From Hydrolagus colliei (taxonomy: Eukaryota), in the NCBI GenBank assembly GCA_035084275.1, contig CM068757.1, forward strand, positions 3,100,001-3,164,000: DNA of 64,000 bases. Reading direction: 5' to 3'. Below the pieces are notes generated by a model. It was not told the DNA's origin. It saw only the letters and a program-made list of their open reading frames with translations, and did not search any database. Below are positions 24,525-37,713 of this stretch, in pieces. Every line of letters begins with the position of its first letter. The first letter of the stretch is position 1. The position numbers were made by a program, and so were the translations under genes.

Positions 24525-26049
24525 CTTACTTTGGTAATTCGGGAATGGGCTACTTATAGTATTTTAAAAGCGTGAATCTGCCCAGTCCACGGTTTCTGTG
24601 ATTGATACTTTCCATTTCAGGAAGACATTCATTGCTATCAATTTAACATGCACCAATGCACTTGAGTGTTTTTGTAAAATAAATAATAAAACACTAGGCA
24701 TTGCTCTAATGCTCCACAGCCAATATTTAAAATATAAATTGAAAAAATATTAGTTTGCTCGCTCTTTCCACACGTGCACAAAACTTACCCTATTCATCTT
24801 AGACGTCTTTGGCTTCAATAGATGAAACGCACACATATTTGCTCTGCTGCTATTATTTTCTTAGGAGGTACAATATCTCTCCTTTACTATGCTCGTACCA
24901 CATATTCAGTTCATTTAAAAGTTTGTACTCTACGATAAAATAAACAGGATGCACTGTAAAATATTAAGGCACTTTATTGAGGTTTTGGATTGAGGTTAGA
25001 AGATGGCTATAGCTATGAAGAGCTTTAAACCTACCTAGGATTGAATTGGGGAAATTCCTAACTCTCATTTTCCTGCCACCTTTCAAATCCTTCCCACCAG
25101 TTTAGTTGAAAAATTTCCTTTTAGACTGAATCATCTTGGATCCTTTAGGGAGGTGGTGATCGAGCGATGCTGAAGATACTATTATATACCAATGCCATGC
25201 AAAATAACACTTGGAATTGAAACGAGGGTGACAGAAGAAAGAAAATAATAAACAAGACTGTTCGCTGCCAGAGAAAACAAAAACTACAATGTAATTAGAA
25301 AGAAGACTTAAGATAATAAAACTCAAACGTATGTAATGAAATTGAAATGCTTCAGAAGCATTTCGGAACAACAGGAAAGAAGAAAGAAATCAAATCCGAA
25401 GACAGAAGAGGTTGACAGAAGACTTGTAGCTGAATAATAGCCATCTTATTATTTTAAAGAGACATTTGCACAAGAAATAATCCTCAAAACTCCAAAACTC
25501 TTCATACCAAAGATGGAAAAAAGAAAATGCAGAATTTAAAGAAAATGCGGATTATTTTTTCCCCCAAGGAAGAGAAACTTGGAACAGGAATTTTAGCAAT
25601 TCATTGTTAAATGCCATCAATTTTCAACATGACATAAAAATTGGAGTTTTCCACTCAGAAAAGACGCAACTTCAAGCTGTTTCGCTCTCCCCCAAGACAA
25701 AAAATAATTTCCAAATAGTAAGTGCATTTTCCAAGCTACCAGTGATTTAAAATGGGCTTCCAGTCTACTAATCTCACTTTACAATAGATATGATACAACC
25801 TATAAAAAAGTAAATGCTTCAGAAATCAATCTCATAGCTTTTTTTTTGGTCTCACAATAGTGATTCCTTTTTCTTGAAGATGTCAATCTTGTGGTTTGCA
25901 AACTTGAAACACCACAGGGTTTGGGACTAAGCATGCAGGGAGAGTGTTATCATCAGGGTTGCATATTCAGACTTATTTGCTTGTTTTATTTGAGAACAGC
26001 AGTTAATGGAATCCGCTGTTGACAGAAATCAGGAAAGACTGAGTAAGCT

Positions 26050-26620
26050 GAGTAACACAATTGGTAACCAATTGTGTTGGACAAGGTGTTGGAATTTTTA
26101 ATTAGGATGAATGCAGAAAGCGAGCCAACTTTAAGGCTGACGATTTGGAGCTTGGGAGGACAACAATGTTCAGAAGATTCAGAAACCATTGTCGTGTTAT
26201 GGGTGAAAGGGAATGTGAGAGAGGGAGCATTGCAGTGAGGAAAATGCTCAATGTAGCACACGCCCGAGCAAAGCATCACCTTTCAGATGACAAACCTTCT
26301 CTTGAGGTTCTGTCCGGAGGGCAAAAAATGCCTTTCCATATACTGTATTGAGCTTTAAGTAGAATAGAGGTGTTGGGTTTACAATTAAAATGGTCTGAAC
26401 TGGATTACAGATATTTCTTACACAGCAGTGGGTATTTGAAACAAATGCTTATTAAAAGCAACTGATGCCACATCGATTAACTCTGATCGAAAATAACTGT
26501 TTGTATCTATGAAAATGGCAATGGAGGGTGTATGGATTGTGAAATAATCAAATACTCCACAGAACACAGAATGATTTGTCTGCATCTAACAGGAGAGAGC
26601 CTGGATTGAGAAAGAAGAAG
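26050..26620 (+). mobile_element. Degraded CR1 remnants
   Basis: Segments resembling CR1 ORF2 (…GKVLE..IRD… near 26075-26110; FFTQ..V..WN-like near 26410-26450). Confidence 0.4.
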
Positions 26621-27527
26621 AATGTTTTGTTTGATCGCTGAAGATGTGATCCCCATGGACCTTGTCTCATTCCATGGTTTATGTTCCTACGAAAGTTTCT
26701 GAATGGGAAACAAAACATTGGCTTGGAACAGAAAACCGTACATCTTTGGGGCTCCTGCAATGGAAATGCAAGGATTCCACTTGAGATCAGAGCAGGTAAT
26801 AAGGCCCAAAATGTTGATAAACATTAAAAGGAAAGGGTGAAGCTTCCAAGCAGAATTGTTGAAATGAACGGCAATAGCTTAAATTTCAGACTTTCACGAT
26901 AAGGAGAAAAAAATCCCTTTGGGGGGATTGAACACCTGACTGTGTTACGCAATGCCAAATTTCAGTCAGGTTTTATAGAGAAGTTGTGTGTATCTGTTGA
27001 TAATAAAATGCAGACTGATTGATAATGGAAAAAAATATTTGCCATTCTGGACGACATGATCATAAAATGAATGGAGAACCGTGAATCAATTTAAAGATCC
27101 ACAGCTTTACTTTCCCTGTGTGCTTCTGTTTACTGAACCGTCTGAAAACCAATAAGCACCCTTTTCAAGGAAGGGAGAGAAGATATTCATACAAAAATAA
27201 ATACATTCAACCTTAAGATAGCTTGGAACCTTTTGCACCATTGAATCCAAGGAATGGAACTCCAAGGATGCGGTACATTTCACACCAGCGTTGGAGAAAG
27301 ATGCATTCAAATCTCCCAATAGTCTTGGAAGAAATTCAACACCATCATTACAGCAGAAGCAATAGCAAATCTATTGCTCTTTGTTAACTTAGATATACAT
27401 GTGCCCTAATTTACATCCTGTTTATTGAGGCTGATTGTGTGTTTAACAAGACAATTTGCTTTCGACACCTAAATTAAATAAACAGTGCACAGCCACTGAA
27501 GGGTGAATATGGACTGCTTTGCTCAAT

Positions 27528-27632
27528 CGGCTGCTGCGTTACATCCACAAAATATACCGTCAATTCATTCTACAGTATATTCTGTGAAGCGCTTTGATAT
27601 CTTTAAGACATGAGTCAAATGCAAGGACTATT
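27528..27632 (+). mobile_element. SINE 3' fragment
   Basis: ATATTCTGTGAAGCGCTTTGA...CAAATGCAAGGACTATT. Confidence 0.75.
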
Positions 27633-30600
27633 AATATGTAAAGGTGGATAGAACGTATTCCTCTCTTTCTTTCATTCTATCTTCCCCCCCCCCCCCCCCC
27701 CCCCCCCCACATACACACACACACACCTACACCTCATGGAAATTGAAGTCCAAAGAAGATCAATATACTCATTAAAATGTTATTGGATAATTGGAGGGAT
27801 GGCTGATTGTTATTTATTTTCATGCTTTGGATGCCAGCCAGTGATACACTGAATGTGCATCCAAGAGCTCTCCCATCACACCGCCGGCTATCTTGCCCTT
27901 CAACTAAAAATGCAGCACAGATGAAGCTCTAATGTATTCACTCGTGATGCCAAAGCAGGAAACAATTAACAATTCTTCTGTACTTGAAACTATGTAAGAC
28001 CCTAATTATAACCCAAGTATTTAATTATTCATTCTCGAGGGTTTGCTCGGATGTACTGAGGGCAAATGCCAAATTTCTTGATTTAAGTTGATAACTAATC
28101 CTTACATGTGTCAACCGGGGATGAGGAATTCCAGTTCCTGTTTAATTTAAATTTTAACCTACATCAGTTTCCATTTCATTTTTTTTAAAAAAAACACAAG
28201 AGTGTGTACAATGACTCATCTTACAAATTTGCATTCAAGTATTTTTTATTTTGGATCTCCACACAAGCTCAACCCCATGAAGTCATGATTGGTATCTGGA
28301 CTCAGACAATGAAGCACCTTCTGGCTGACCTTCTGGCTAGGTTTTTGTACATGGAAATAAATGTCATCCTCAGCGGTTATTAAAACACTTTTCAGCAATC
28401 AAGTTATATTTTCACCAAAAGCTTTTTACCTTTGGAAATATTTTTTTTAAACCAATATTTTGCTGGTTACTGAAGCAGACAGAGATACGTTGATAGATTT
28501 TCTGAAAGCTAAGAGAACGATACTCATCTCAAAAACTGCTGCCAAATATGTGTATCAATCAGCTGGACCTGAAATTTGGCATGTTATCAGCTTAAAGCAA
28601 GAATCCCAATACTGTTACACTGCTTTAATTGTGAATTGTATCATATCATTCAATATCAAATGCATAAAGCATCAACATGTGCATCAAGGATTACAAATTG
28701 TAACTTGTTAAATTCTAATATTCTAATGTACTTCATAAATAATTCAAGTTTACAAAGACAATGTTCAAATCCCAGTATACTTGCTTTATGTAACTAACAT
28801 TGAATCAAATGTCAATTAAGACAATATTCATTAGGGAAATAGTAAAAGTTTATAATGTCTTTATGTGTGTTTGTATAATATCTGCAAAGTGCATATTTAT
28901 AGTTAAGTATGATGATCAATTTAGAAAACTACAAGGTTAGACTGTAATAAAATTATTTATTTGTTCATTTTAATAACCATCTTTTCTTATCTAAAGCTCT
29001 TTTATTTCTCGCATCTACTTTTGTGAACATCTTAACAAGCCAGTGGGCAAGTCAAGTTCTCAATCAAGCCTGCTTAGAGAGTTGAGCTGACACAAGACAC
29101 ATGCTTGCCTGAAGGAGGAAAGGATTGAGTGTGCAGGGATGTTTGACGATTCAAATTAAAATTCAAACATTTCATCCTTGATATTTAACTCAAATAGTTC
29201 TGGAGTTAGTGTAATTTGGAACCCATCCAATTTTCCATTGACCCAGTTCAGTAGGGAATTCGTAGCTCAAACCAGTTCCTTTTAACTTCTGGGACTATGG
29301 ATTGAATCCAGTCTAATGATGAAACAACAGATCTTGCTATGGCTCCAAATGAAATTAGTTTGGTCATTTTAATCTTACTTTTTAGCGGCACAGATACACA
29401 GTGCAAAATTTTCCATATACTAGGATTATATAGCACCTATAGGATTTGTATAGCACCTTTAATTTTGGGAGGAAGTTCCAAAGAGCTGGATTAAACTATT
29501 AATCTTGATTGGTGACGCAGCAATTGGCTGGCATGTGTGTACATTATAGGATGTCCTTCTCAGGATAGGGATTTGAGGTTAGGGGCAAGGATAGATATAA
29601 AGCGTTTTTTTTATTCTGCCTCTTATTCATACCATATATGGGATGATTGGATTTCCCATGAGGGAAAAGTTCTTATGTTTATCAATAGCATGTTTTGACT
29701 TGAACACAGATGAAACTGTTTATTTTTATTTTCCACACTTCATATCCCATAGTCTGGATAGCATTACTTCCATTCCAGATAATTGCAATATTTATTAATC
29801 AAACAATATTTATTAGTCAACTTGTGAATCATCAAGGACTATTCTATTAATTATTATTCAAAATGATTGGTTTGGTATACAAATACTATAATTTGTCAAT
29901 TATGGTATAAGATGTGGTATCCATCATTTTTCTAATTCCTGCAACTGGGCAACCAGTCAGAAAAATGCTTCAGGGTGATTCAATTTCTACATAATTTCAG
30001 TTATTTTGGCATTTCCTGGCCACTCTGTCACTCCTTCTATAAGAGAATCCTCTCTCTGAATTTTCATTCTACTAAAATCAGAAGTCCCGCTTTTGCAGCC
30101 TGAACTGCAATGTCAGAAAGACTCAGTCCTTGGAACACAAAGAGCTGTCAACATCAGAAATGTATTTGGAAACTTAAGTTCAAAAAGAACGAGACACATC
30201 ACAAACCAATTCAAAAATTTGGAGTTACCATTAGAGTGAAATGCAGTGGAATAGGCCATGACTTCTGACTGCAAAGGAATAAGCCCTGACAAGTCTGGTT
30301 AGTAACAAGCCCATCGTTGTGGCAGACGGAATATTGTACCACTTTGTCTGCGCATTGCGGTTCTGCATGGAGCTTCTCACTCTCGTTCTCTTCACTTTAT
30401 CTAATGCTGCCATTTGCCTCCTGTTACCACTGGTGTACTGGTGCCTATGGTTTTATTCATAGTTTAAAATTTTCTAAATGCATCAGAAGACTTTTCACAG
30501 AAATGATGCTAAGTGTTTCAGACAATTCCCATTTTGTTGGAATCGCAGAAATAACTGTGTCTCACAATCAAAACCATTTTGTTCAATCATCAGTCTGTCT

Positions 30601-30654
30601 CCTTTCTATTCCTCCCTTCTTTCTCCTCACCTTGTCTCCACAGTGATCCCATCA

Positions 30655-30866
30655 AATAATAATAATTCTTGCCTTTGATATAACATCTTTGAGATGTACT
30701 GAATATACCGTAAAGTGCATAGTATATTTTATGGGTGATATGTGGCCGCCAATTTCCCACAAATGTGTCCCACAAACAGCCCTGAGTTGATTGACCAATA
30801 TATTATTATTATTGTTTTGAAGGAATTATTACCCCCCAATTGCTGTCACCATGGAGCCACAGGAAT
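30655..30866 (-). mobile_element. Degraded SINE copy
   Basis: (AAT)n tail, GTGTCCCACAAACAG body and a remnant head GAGCCACAGGAATC. Confidence 0.65.
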
Positions 30867-31143
30867 CTATAATGTAACTCAAGACTTTAACTGTTCCAAT
30901 TTTTTCCCAATAAAACAAGATTTTTTTTAACCAGCACTATTTTCCACATTTGCGTCACATTTTACAATTAATACAAAACATTCAACGGAATCCAATTGGA
31001 AACAAGAGAGATCTTTTTGCATGCTGATTATTAAAAAATAGTAATTTTTTTAACATACCTCTTTGTGGCATTTCCATCATTTATCACACATGTCATCAAA
31101 GGCTGATCTTGGCCTTTGACAAACATCTATCATTATGGTGAAG

Positions 31144-31470
31144 CAACAACAACAAAATTACAGTTGGACGTCCCAAGGCGCTGGGCAGTCATTGTTTCAG
31201 ACCTGAGCTGGGGTCGGGGATGGGGAAGGTGGAGGGAAAGGGGGGAGGCATTTGGAGTGACCGATGGGACCGTCGAAGAGGAGGGACTTCAGGCGGGACT
31301 TGAAGGTGTCTAGGAAATGGGTGAGGCTGAGGGATTGTGTGATGGAGTTCCAGAGTTCGGGGGCAGAGTTGTTGAATTGAATCCTCTGGGTGATGGGGAG
31401 CCAATGGAGTTGGACGAGGATGGGGGAGATGGGGATCACAGCGCTTTGATATATGTTCATACTAGATGAA
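31144..31470 (-). mobile_element. L2 LINE 3' end
   Basis: ISPILVQLHWLPITQRIQF...APELWNS...FKSRLKSLLFD; homologous to the 16364 copy. Confidence 0.85.
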
Positions 31471-31991
31471 AGGTACTTGCACTGTTTAAGCGCAAGTTGT
31501 GTGTGTCTTGCTCAAGGCTGAATGTAAACACTTATGTACTTTTCCTATTGTAAATTCCCTGCTGAGGTCAAAAAATATACAATTCCATTTAGAGTTCTTA
31601 CTATAGATGCGGTCACTCAACAGTTATATTGCATTAGATTGTGGACTATGTAATAGCTTGGCTCAGTAGATGGCATATTTGTCTCTGGGTCAGAAGGCTT
31701 CTTCCTCATGTTGGTTCAGACAAGATATTCTGCTCAAAAAGATGGAAAGATTTCTGCACGCCATCTCTCAAAGGATTTTGCGCAAAACTCTTGCAGTGCC
31801 CTTTTCAAGCAATAATCAGATTGTGGTTCATCTCCGCGTGACTATTTCCTTAGGAGTTTAAACAAGCAGAGGAGTTATCTTATGTTGTGCCAGAATACTC
31901 TCATCATTTACTGAGCAGCTAATATATTTTCTGATCCAAAACTTTCAGGCTTAAAACTATAGCACTACAAAGATGAACACTTGTTCTTATT

Positions 31992-32235
31992 ACAACAACA
32001 ACAACAAAATTACACTTGCATAGCGCCTTTCACGTCAGGAGGACTTCCAAAGGTGCTGGCCAGTCATTGTTTCAGATCCAAGCTGGGGACAGGAAGGATG
32101 GAGGGAAAGAGGGGGATTTGGAGTGACCAATGGGACCGTCGAAGAGGAGCATCTTGAGGCCAGGGAGGGGGCAAGGCGGAGGGACTGTGGGATGGAGTTC
32201 CAGAGGTTAGGGGCAGAGTGGCTAAAGGCTCGCCT
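31992..32235 (-). mobile_element. L2 LINE 3' end
   Basis: Same (CAA)n AAATTACAC...GTTTCAGATCCAAGCTGGGG sequence as the 16364 and 31144 copies. Confidence 0.82.
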
Positions 32236-33240
32236 GAGAGAAAGGAGATATTTGCGAGTAAAGATTGTCCCTGAATTTCCTCCTGTTTTGAATTTGCGGG
32301 TAGATTTGCTGCATTTTGAATTAAGCTCTGCTCAACAACTCATCTCTGAACTGTGAGCCCTTCAGTCAAATAACTCAGTAGTGTTACTGATCATTCGCTT
32401 AATGCATCAGTATCTGGACAGCCTTCAATTTCAAAATTGCCTCCAAGACTTATTTAGTACCACACACTCAAAAAAAACGCATCTTCAGTCATGTAAAAGA
32501 ATAGCACAATTCAGCAATATTGGTGTGTGTGTTCTAGCATGAAAACAGCAAGAGATTTGGCAGGTTCCGTATATTGCACAAACAGAATGTCCATTGCAAA
32601 ATAAAATAATCCATCGAAAAAATTGTGATATCATCAATACCCACACACAATCTTTTGAGCAGTGCTCACCCTAAACAAATGTTTATTGTAATGGTAATTC
32701 TATCAATCTCTCAGATCCTCTCCAGAAATAACATTAATAAGAGTACAACAGAGATAGTGTCCAAACTCTTAGAGGAATCAATAAAAACTGGTTACATAAT
32801 AGAATATTTGACAATATCTGAAGCTCGAATGTTGATTCGGTTTCCTTCGGAGTATCTAAACCACTGTTTGGCCATGCTTAGGAGTATCTAAACCTGATAG
32901 AGTTCCACATTATTTTAGACAGTTTCATTTGTCCGGGAGCATGGAGCGTGTGCTGTTTACCCAGAGAGACATGTCTTGCTAATGTAATCCCAGAAAGCAT
33001 TAGGCATAGACTGGTAAGAGCCAAGACTTGATTTGGTCAAACACTGCCAGATTAACCAGCTAAAATCACTTTGCTAGTCGTGGCGAACACTGCCTGGCAA
33101 GCTTCCCATTGCCTGTCCAGCAAGTCTGCACATTAGGACTTTGACTTGCGGGATTGACAAGAACAATGTGGGAAGAATTCCCAGTGACTTGTCTGTTCCT
33201 CCAAGTCATGCCAGCACGTCAGGCTAACTTGGTCTATCAT

Positions 33241-33344
33241 ATAAAAAAAACTGAAATGGCCGGGAACGCTCAGCAGGTCAGGCAGCATCTATGGAGAAAG
33301 GAAAAGTGAGTCAACGTTTCGGGTCCACGACCCTTCGTCAGAAC
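33241..33344 (-). mobile_element. Short Penelope-like-element-derived insertion carrying a minimal hammerhead motif, flanked by an 11-bp TSD
   Basis: TGGTCTATCAT occurs at 33230-33240 and 33345-33355. Minus strand reads GTTCTGACGAAGGGTCGTGGACCCGAAACGTTGACTC...GATGCTGCCTGACCTGCTGAG...TTTTTTTTAT. Homologous to the copies at 13750 and 24153. Confidence 0.75.
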
Positions 33345-33345
33345 T
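33309..33345 (-). ncRNA. Minimal type I hammerhead ribozyme motif (predicted)
   Basis: 5'-AGUU CUGACGA A GGGUC-GUG-GACCC GAA ACGU U / GACU-3': conserved CUGAnGA and GAAA core, 5-bp stem II, 4-bp stem I (AGUU/GACU) and a palindromic ACGU mini-stem III. Confidence 0.6.
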
Positions 33346-34157
33346 GGTCTATCATCAACAATATGTTGGAACACTACCGACTGGTTCATGAACCAGACAA
33401 CAAGAACAACAACTTGGATTTTTATCGCGCCCTCCATGCCGAACGGCATCTCAGAGCACAGACTACAGGTCATGTGGGAGCAAGCTCATCCCCAAAGAGA
33501 CCCTGCTTACTGCAACCCGTCTCTCCATCGCCCTGGCGGATATATTTTCACTGCCATATGCTGTACTGACGCACATCCATCCAGGGGTTTACTCGAGAAG
33601 GTTTGTAAGGGTTACAATATGTTTCAACAAAAAAATCTTGACATAATCAAGTCAACTGAGCTGAAACTATGTAAACAGTGTCTGAAGTACACTAGCATGC
33701 AAATATAGGGAGGACTACTTTACTGCTTTATTACTTGGCTAGTCCCTTGTAAATATTTCCCCCGTTTGATTGTTTCAATGATACGACAGAATTGAAACTG
33801 TTGACGGCAGTGTTGCCTCGTACAATTTAAATGACCTCTCTACCATATGCGCAATGTCTATAACGATGGCACAATACAATTCCTGACAGTGCCAGGAAAA
33901 TTTCTAATTGTCAAAACAATGGTCTCGTGTGAGTGCAATTAAAACGAGCCTTGCAGCACTCGTGGAGACCTCTCTCCGAGTAAAAACCATTCGCTTCCCG
34001 TTCGCAAGGATGCCAGTGGTCACGTGGAAAAGCAAATAATTTGTTAGAAGTCTTGAGTCGTTGAAAATTGAGTAAATTAAAGGGGATAAGCAGTTTCAAC
34101 CAGGCCCTGATCCATATTTCACACCACTGATTTTGTTTATTGTTGTTGTTTGATTGC

Positions 34158-34345
34158 CCCCGCCCCACCCCTGCCCCTGGCCTTCCCCCCACCCTCTTCT
34201 TCTTCCCTTACTCCCTTTCCCCACTTTCTCTCCCCCCTTTTCCCCTTATCTCCCTCTTGCCCCCCTCTCCCCTTTTCCTATCTATTGTTCCCCACTTTCG
34301 TCTTCCTCTCCCCCTTTCCTCTTTTCCCCCTTTCTCCCCTGGCCC
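34158..34345. repeat. Polypyrimidine low-complexity tract
   Basis: About 190 nt, mostly C/T on the + strand. Confidence 0.9.
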
Positions 34346-34347
34346 TA

Positions 34348-34512
34348 TTTTCACGACTGTTTGTGGGACACTGCTGTGCGCAATTTGGCTGCCGCGTTTT
34401 CGCCCACAAATATACAGTTAATTTTCCTACTTTCCTTCCCCAAACTCTGTGAAGCGCTTTGGGACGTCAATAAGACGTGGAAAGCGCTATATAAACTAAA
34501 GGATTACTTACT
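34348..34512 (+). mobile_element. SINE 3' half preceded by a C/T-rich tract
   Basis: GACTGTTTGTGGGACACTGCTGTGCGCAATTTGGCTGCCGCG...GCGCTATATAAA. Confidence 0.82.
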
Positions 34513-35124
34513 TATTGTGATCCACAAAACAGATTTTTTTTCAGACTAACATTCTGCTGTGTTTGTATTGCCTCCAAATGCGTAGCCACTAAACCTTACA
34601 ATGTAAGCTGGTGGAGCACTTTGAGATGTCCTCTGGCCATACAAAACACAGTATCAAATGTCACGCTAATTGTGATGATGATGAATATTATTGTTCAGTT
34701 TTCTTTTGAAGACTGGACATGTTGCAACTGTGCAACCTTCCAAATGTGACCTTACTAATAATCCACATGAGGTTATTATAAAGTCCTTTAAACAGTCAAA
34801 CGCCCTCAAGGTGCAATTGAATATTTTTTTTAATGAAATGTCTCGCCGAAAAGCTCGGAGTGAAATCTAATTGGAATTCCACTAATGAAAACATTGGATT
34901 TCGATCAGAAAGTATTAAAGCAGAGAAAGAGAAAATGTTGCAACTTCTCAGCTTCTGTCACACACTGAACCAGCCAGCCAGCGCAGTGTGTGACTGTGTG
35001 TGGTCATTTACACAGTGAAGCATAACTAACGGAACAGTCATAAGGATCAGGATCTAGGACGTGTTCTCCCGACTCCAAAAGCCCAGCTCATGCCAATCCC
35101 CCAACTCAGAAGTAGATACAGCAG

Positions 35125-35740
35125 ATTGATACAGCATAGAAACGGGTCATTCGGTCAACAAATCTATCCCAGTGTTTAATATATTCCACATGAGCTTTTG
35201 AATCCACTCACCTATTCTGTTCTCTTTCATGTAACAATAATAATAGTCCTTGGATTTGATATAGGAGGTTTTTCATGTCTCACAGATAGCTCAAAGCGTT
35301 TTATAGAATATACAGCAAAGTGAATTGACTGTACACTTTGTGGGCGAACTGTGGCAGCCAATTGCACACAACAATGTCCCACAAACAGTCGTGGATTGAG
35401 ATGACCCAAGTATGCACCAAGTTTCTTCTTCAAATACTTCAATGCTTTTTGCTTCAACAATAGCTGTAGCCAACAATTTCCACATTCTCACTGCCCTCCG
35501 CATGTGAAGAAATTCCTCCTGCCCTCCCTTTGAGATCTGCCCCTGGCTACCATATATTTATAGCCCTTCCTTGTCGAACTCACCAACATATGAAAACAGC
35601 TTTTTAACATCCACTTTATCAAATCCTTTAATCATTTTGATGACCCGTTCGGTCTCCTTAGGTCTTGCCTCCAGAAGGAACTGTTACAACCTGTCAATCT
35701 ATGCGATCTATTCATCCCAGGTAAGTAACATCCTTGCAAA
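35125..35740 (-). mobile_element. CR1 3' region interrupted by a SINE
   Basis: ATAGAAACGGGTCATTCGGTCAAC terminal motif. After the SINE, the minus frame gives [10 protein letters not shown]...[13 protein letters not shown], a CR1 C-terminus-like sequence. Confidence 0.65.
35232..35408 (-). mobile_element. SINE 3' half nested in a CR1 3' end
   Basis: Family body and tail in reverse; CR1-like sequence on both sides. Confidence 0.8.
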
Positions 35741-36245
35741 GCTTCCGTATGAACACCCAGCTGATCGATGTAGGGTCAAAATAATGTTCCTGAAATGGAT
35801 GGGGGAAAATGAAGGAAGAGATGTGTTTGGGATGTGTATAAATATGCCATGGTACAATATAGTCTGGAGGCAGGCGAGAGCACTCCAATCAGAACTGTTT
35901 TATTAGGGAATAAATTCTGAGCAACTGCCTTGTAAACATTGTTTTATTCTTACTCTTTCAAACATGTCACATTTTATCATTGTTGCAGCACTTTGACTCT
36001 GGATTCTCTCAGCAGACGCCCCTCTGTCACAGGCACGATAGTGCGCTGTGCCATTCTGAGTTGAATTGCACATAAGCAGCATAGCAAGGAGCAAACGCAC
36101 TAAGGAACAAAATGCTTTGGAGGACTGTTCAGAAGTCCGACAGAGATGTTTGTGGTGAATACATAAATTATGTGATATTCTTTCCAACGAAGGTTCATCC
36201 CTGAATTCGAGTAACTGGATTTTAACCAGGAGTAGCCGGGTTTGC

Positions 36246-36246
<1 letters not shown>

Positions 36247-36279
<33 letters not shown>
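36247..36279. repeat. (TG)n microsatellite
   Basis: Directly visible. Confidence 0.95.
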
Positions 36280-36285
<6 letters not shown>

Positions 36286-36639
36286 ATTATAATTTTTCCA
36301 GCGAGCTTGTGACATGAGAAAACCCTTGAATTTTTTATGTTGATGATGTGGATGTAAATTATATTGCATGATAGAATTGATGAGCGAAAGTGCATGGATC
36401 ACAACACACAATCTGTTACCAGTGACAAGAAAAGACATATTCCAGAATTTGAGGAAGACATACATCTTGAACACACCAAATCACGAGAGTGTAATGGAGC
36501 ATCAAGGTACAATATACTAGCAGCATAAAGACTAGGGGTGGGGGAGGAGTGGTGAGCCACAGGTTTCTTTGGAGCGAATAGTGGATGTGTGTGTAGATGG
36601 ATGAATATTCTGGGATTGCCCATCAGGGTGATCAGAAGA

Positions 36640-36950
36640 AAACTACTCCTTACATTTGATATGGTGGTTTATCACAATATCATGGCATTTCAAAATGGTT
36701 CACACGATTTGGAGGCAAATGCGGTAGCCAATTTGGTTGCAGCAATGTTGTCCAAATAGCCACGGAGTGAAAGACCATTTTTATATGGGGGGTTGATTGA
36801 TCAGGACACCGGGAGATGTTCCCTTCATTTTTGAGCAGTGTTGTGGAATCTTCAGCTTCCCTCTGAACAGGTAGACTGGACCTCCTTGGTTTAACGTCTC
36901 AGGTGAAGGACATCGCTGCTGACAATGCATCTCTTCCCCAACACTATTAA
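36640..36950 (-). mobile_element. Deu-domain SINE fragment
   Basis: CAGGACACCGGGAGA...GGAATCTTCAGCTTCCCTCTGAACAGGTAGAC...GGTTTAACGTCTCAGGTGAAGGAC is the reverse of the Deu core. Confidence 0.6.
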
Positions 36951-37666
36951 TGTTATCTAATCCTATGTCCTCGTCCTATTAAAATCAATGATGCAAACTA
37001 ATTTATAAAGCTTTCCTGTATCAATTTTATAACCAACATCAAAATATTAAAAGAAGTTTTTATGTGAAGGCTTTCTTATTGGAATGGTCCAAAGAAGACC
37101 TATATTTATAACTGATACAGCAGACAATATTGTCTCCTCGCTAAATTTAAGATGTTCTAGTTTGGCACTTACCATGGAACTATCACACAATGAAGAGACT
37201 GCTTTGATGTTACAACTCTTCAAAGAGGGAGGAAAACAGCCAGAACTGTGACAACACTGAACATTATCAACCCAAACAAACACGGCCAAACCTGAACCTG
37301 TGCAATCATAATACAGTATTGATGTACCCAGTAAAGTACCCTTGTGAGAAACACAAAGCTCACAATTGCAAATTTCACAATACCCTTCATTTACACGAAT
37401 GGCACTATCAGTGTTGTTAGGTTAATGCTTTAGTTAAATGTGGTGAGAGGAACATAGTGTAACTGGCCATTGACAATCGCTTTGATCCACCTTTCAATTA
37501 AGAAGGAACAGTGGGCTTGCTAATGTCAGTCGGTGTTCAAGCACAGCCTTCTTTTCATGATTCCATAGATTAATTTGGGTTTTGAATAATGAACTAAATC
37601 CTTTTCACATTGATATATTTTGATCAATTTCTGTTACAATCATTTTTGGGTGGCAGTACATGGAAA

Positions 37667-37713
37667 TCTGTCTGTCTGTCTGTCTGTCTGTCTAGCTGGC
37701 TGGCTGGCTGGCT
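37667..37713. repeat. Compound (TCTG)n(GGCT)n microsatellite
   Basis: Directly visible. Confidence 0.9.
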
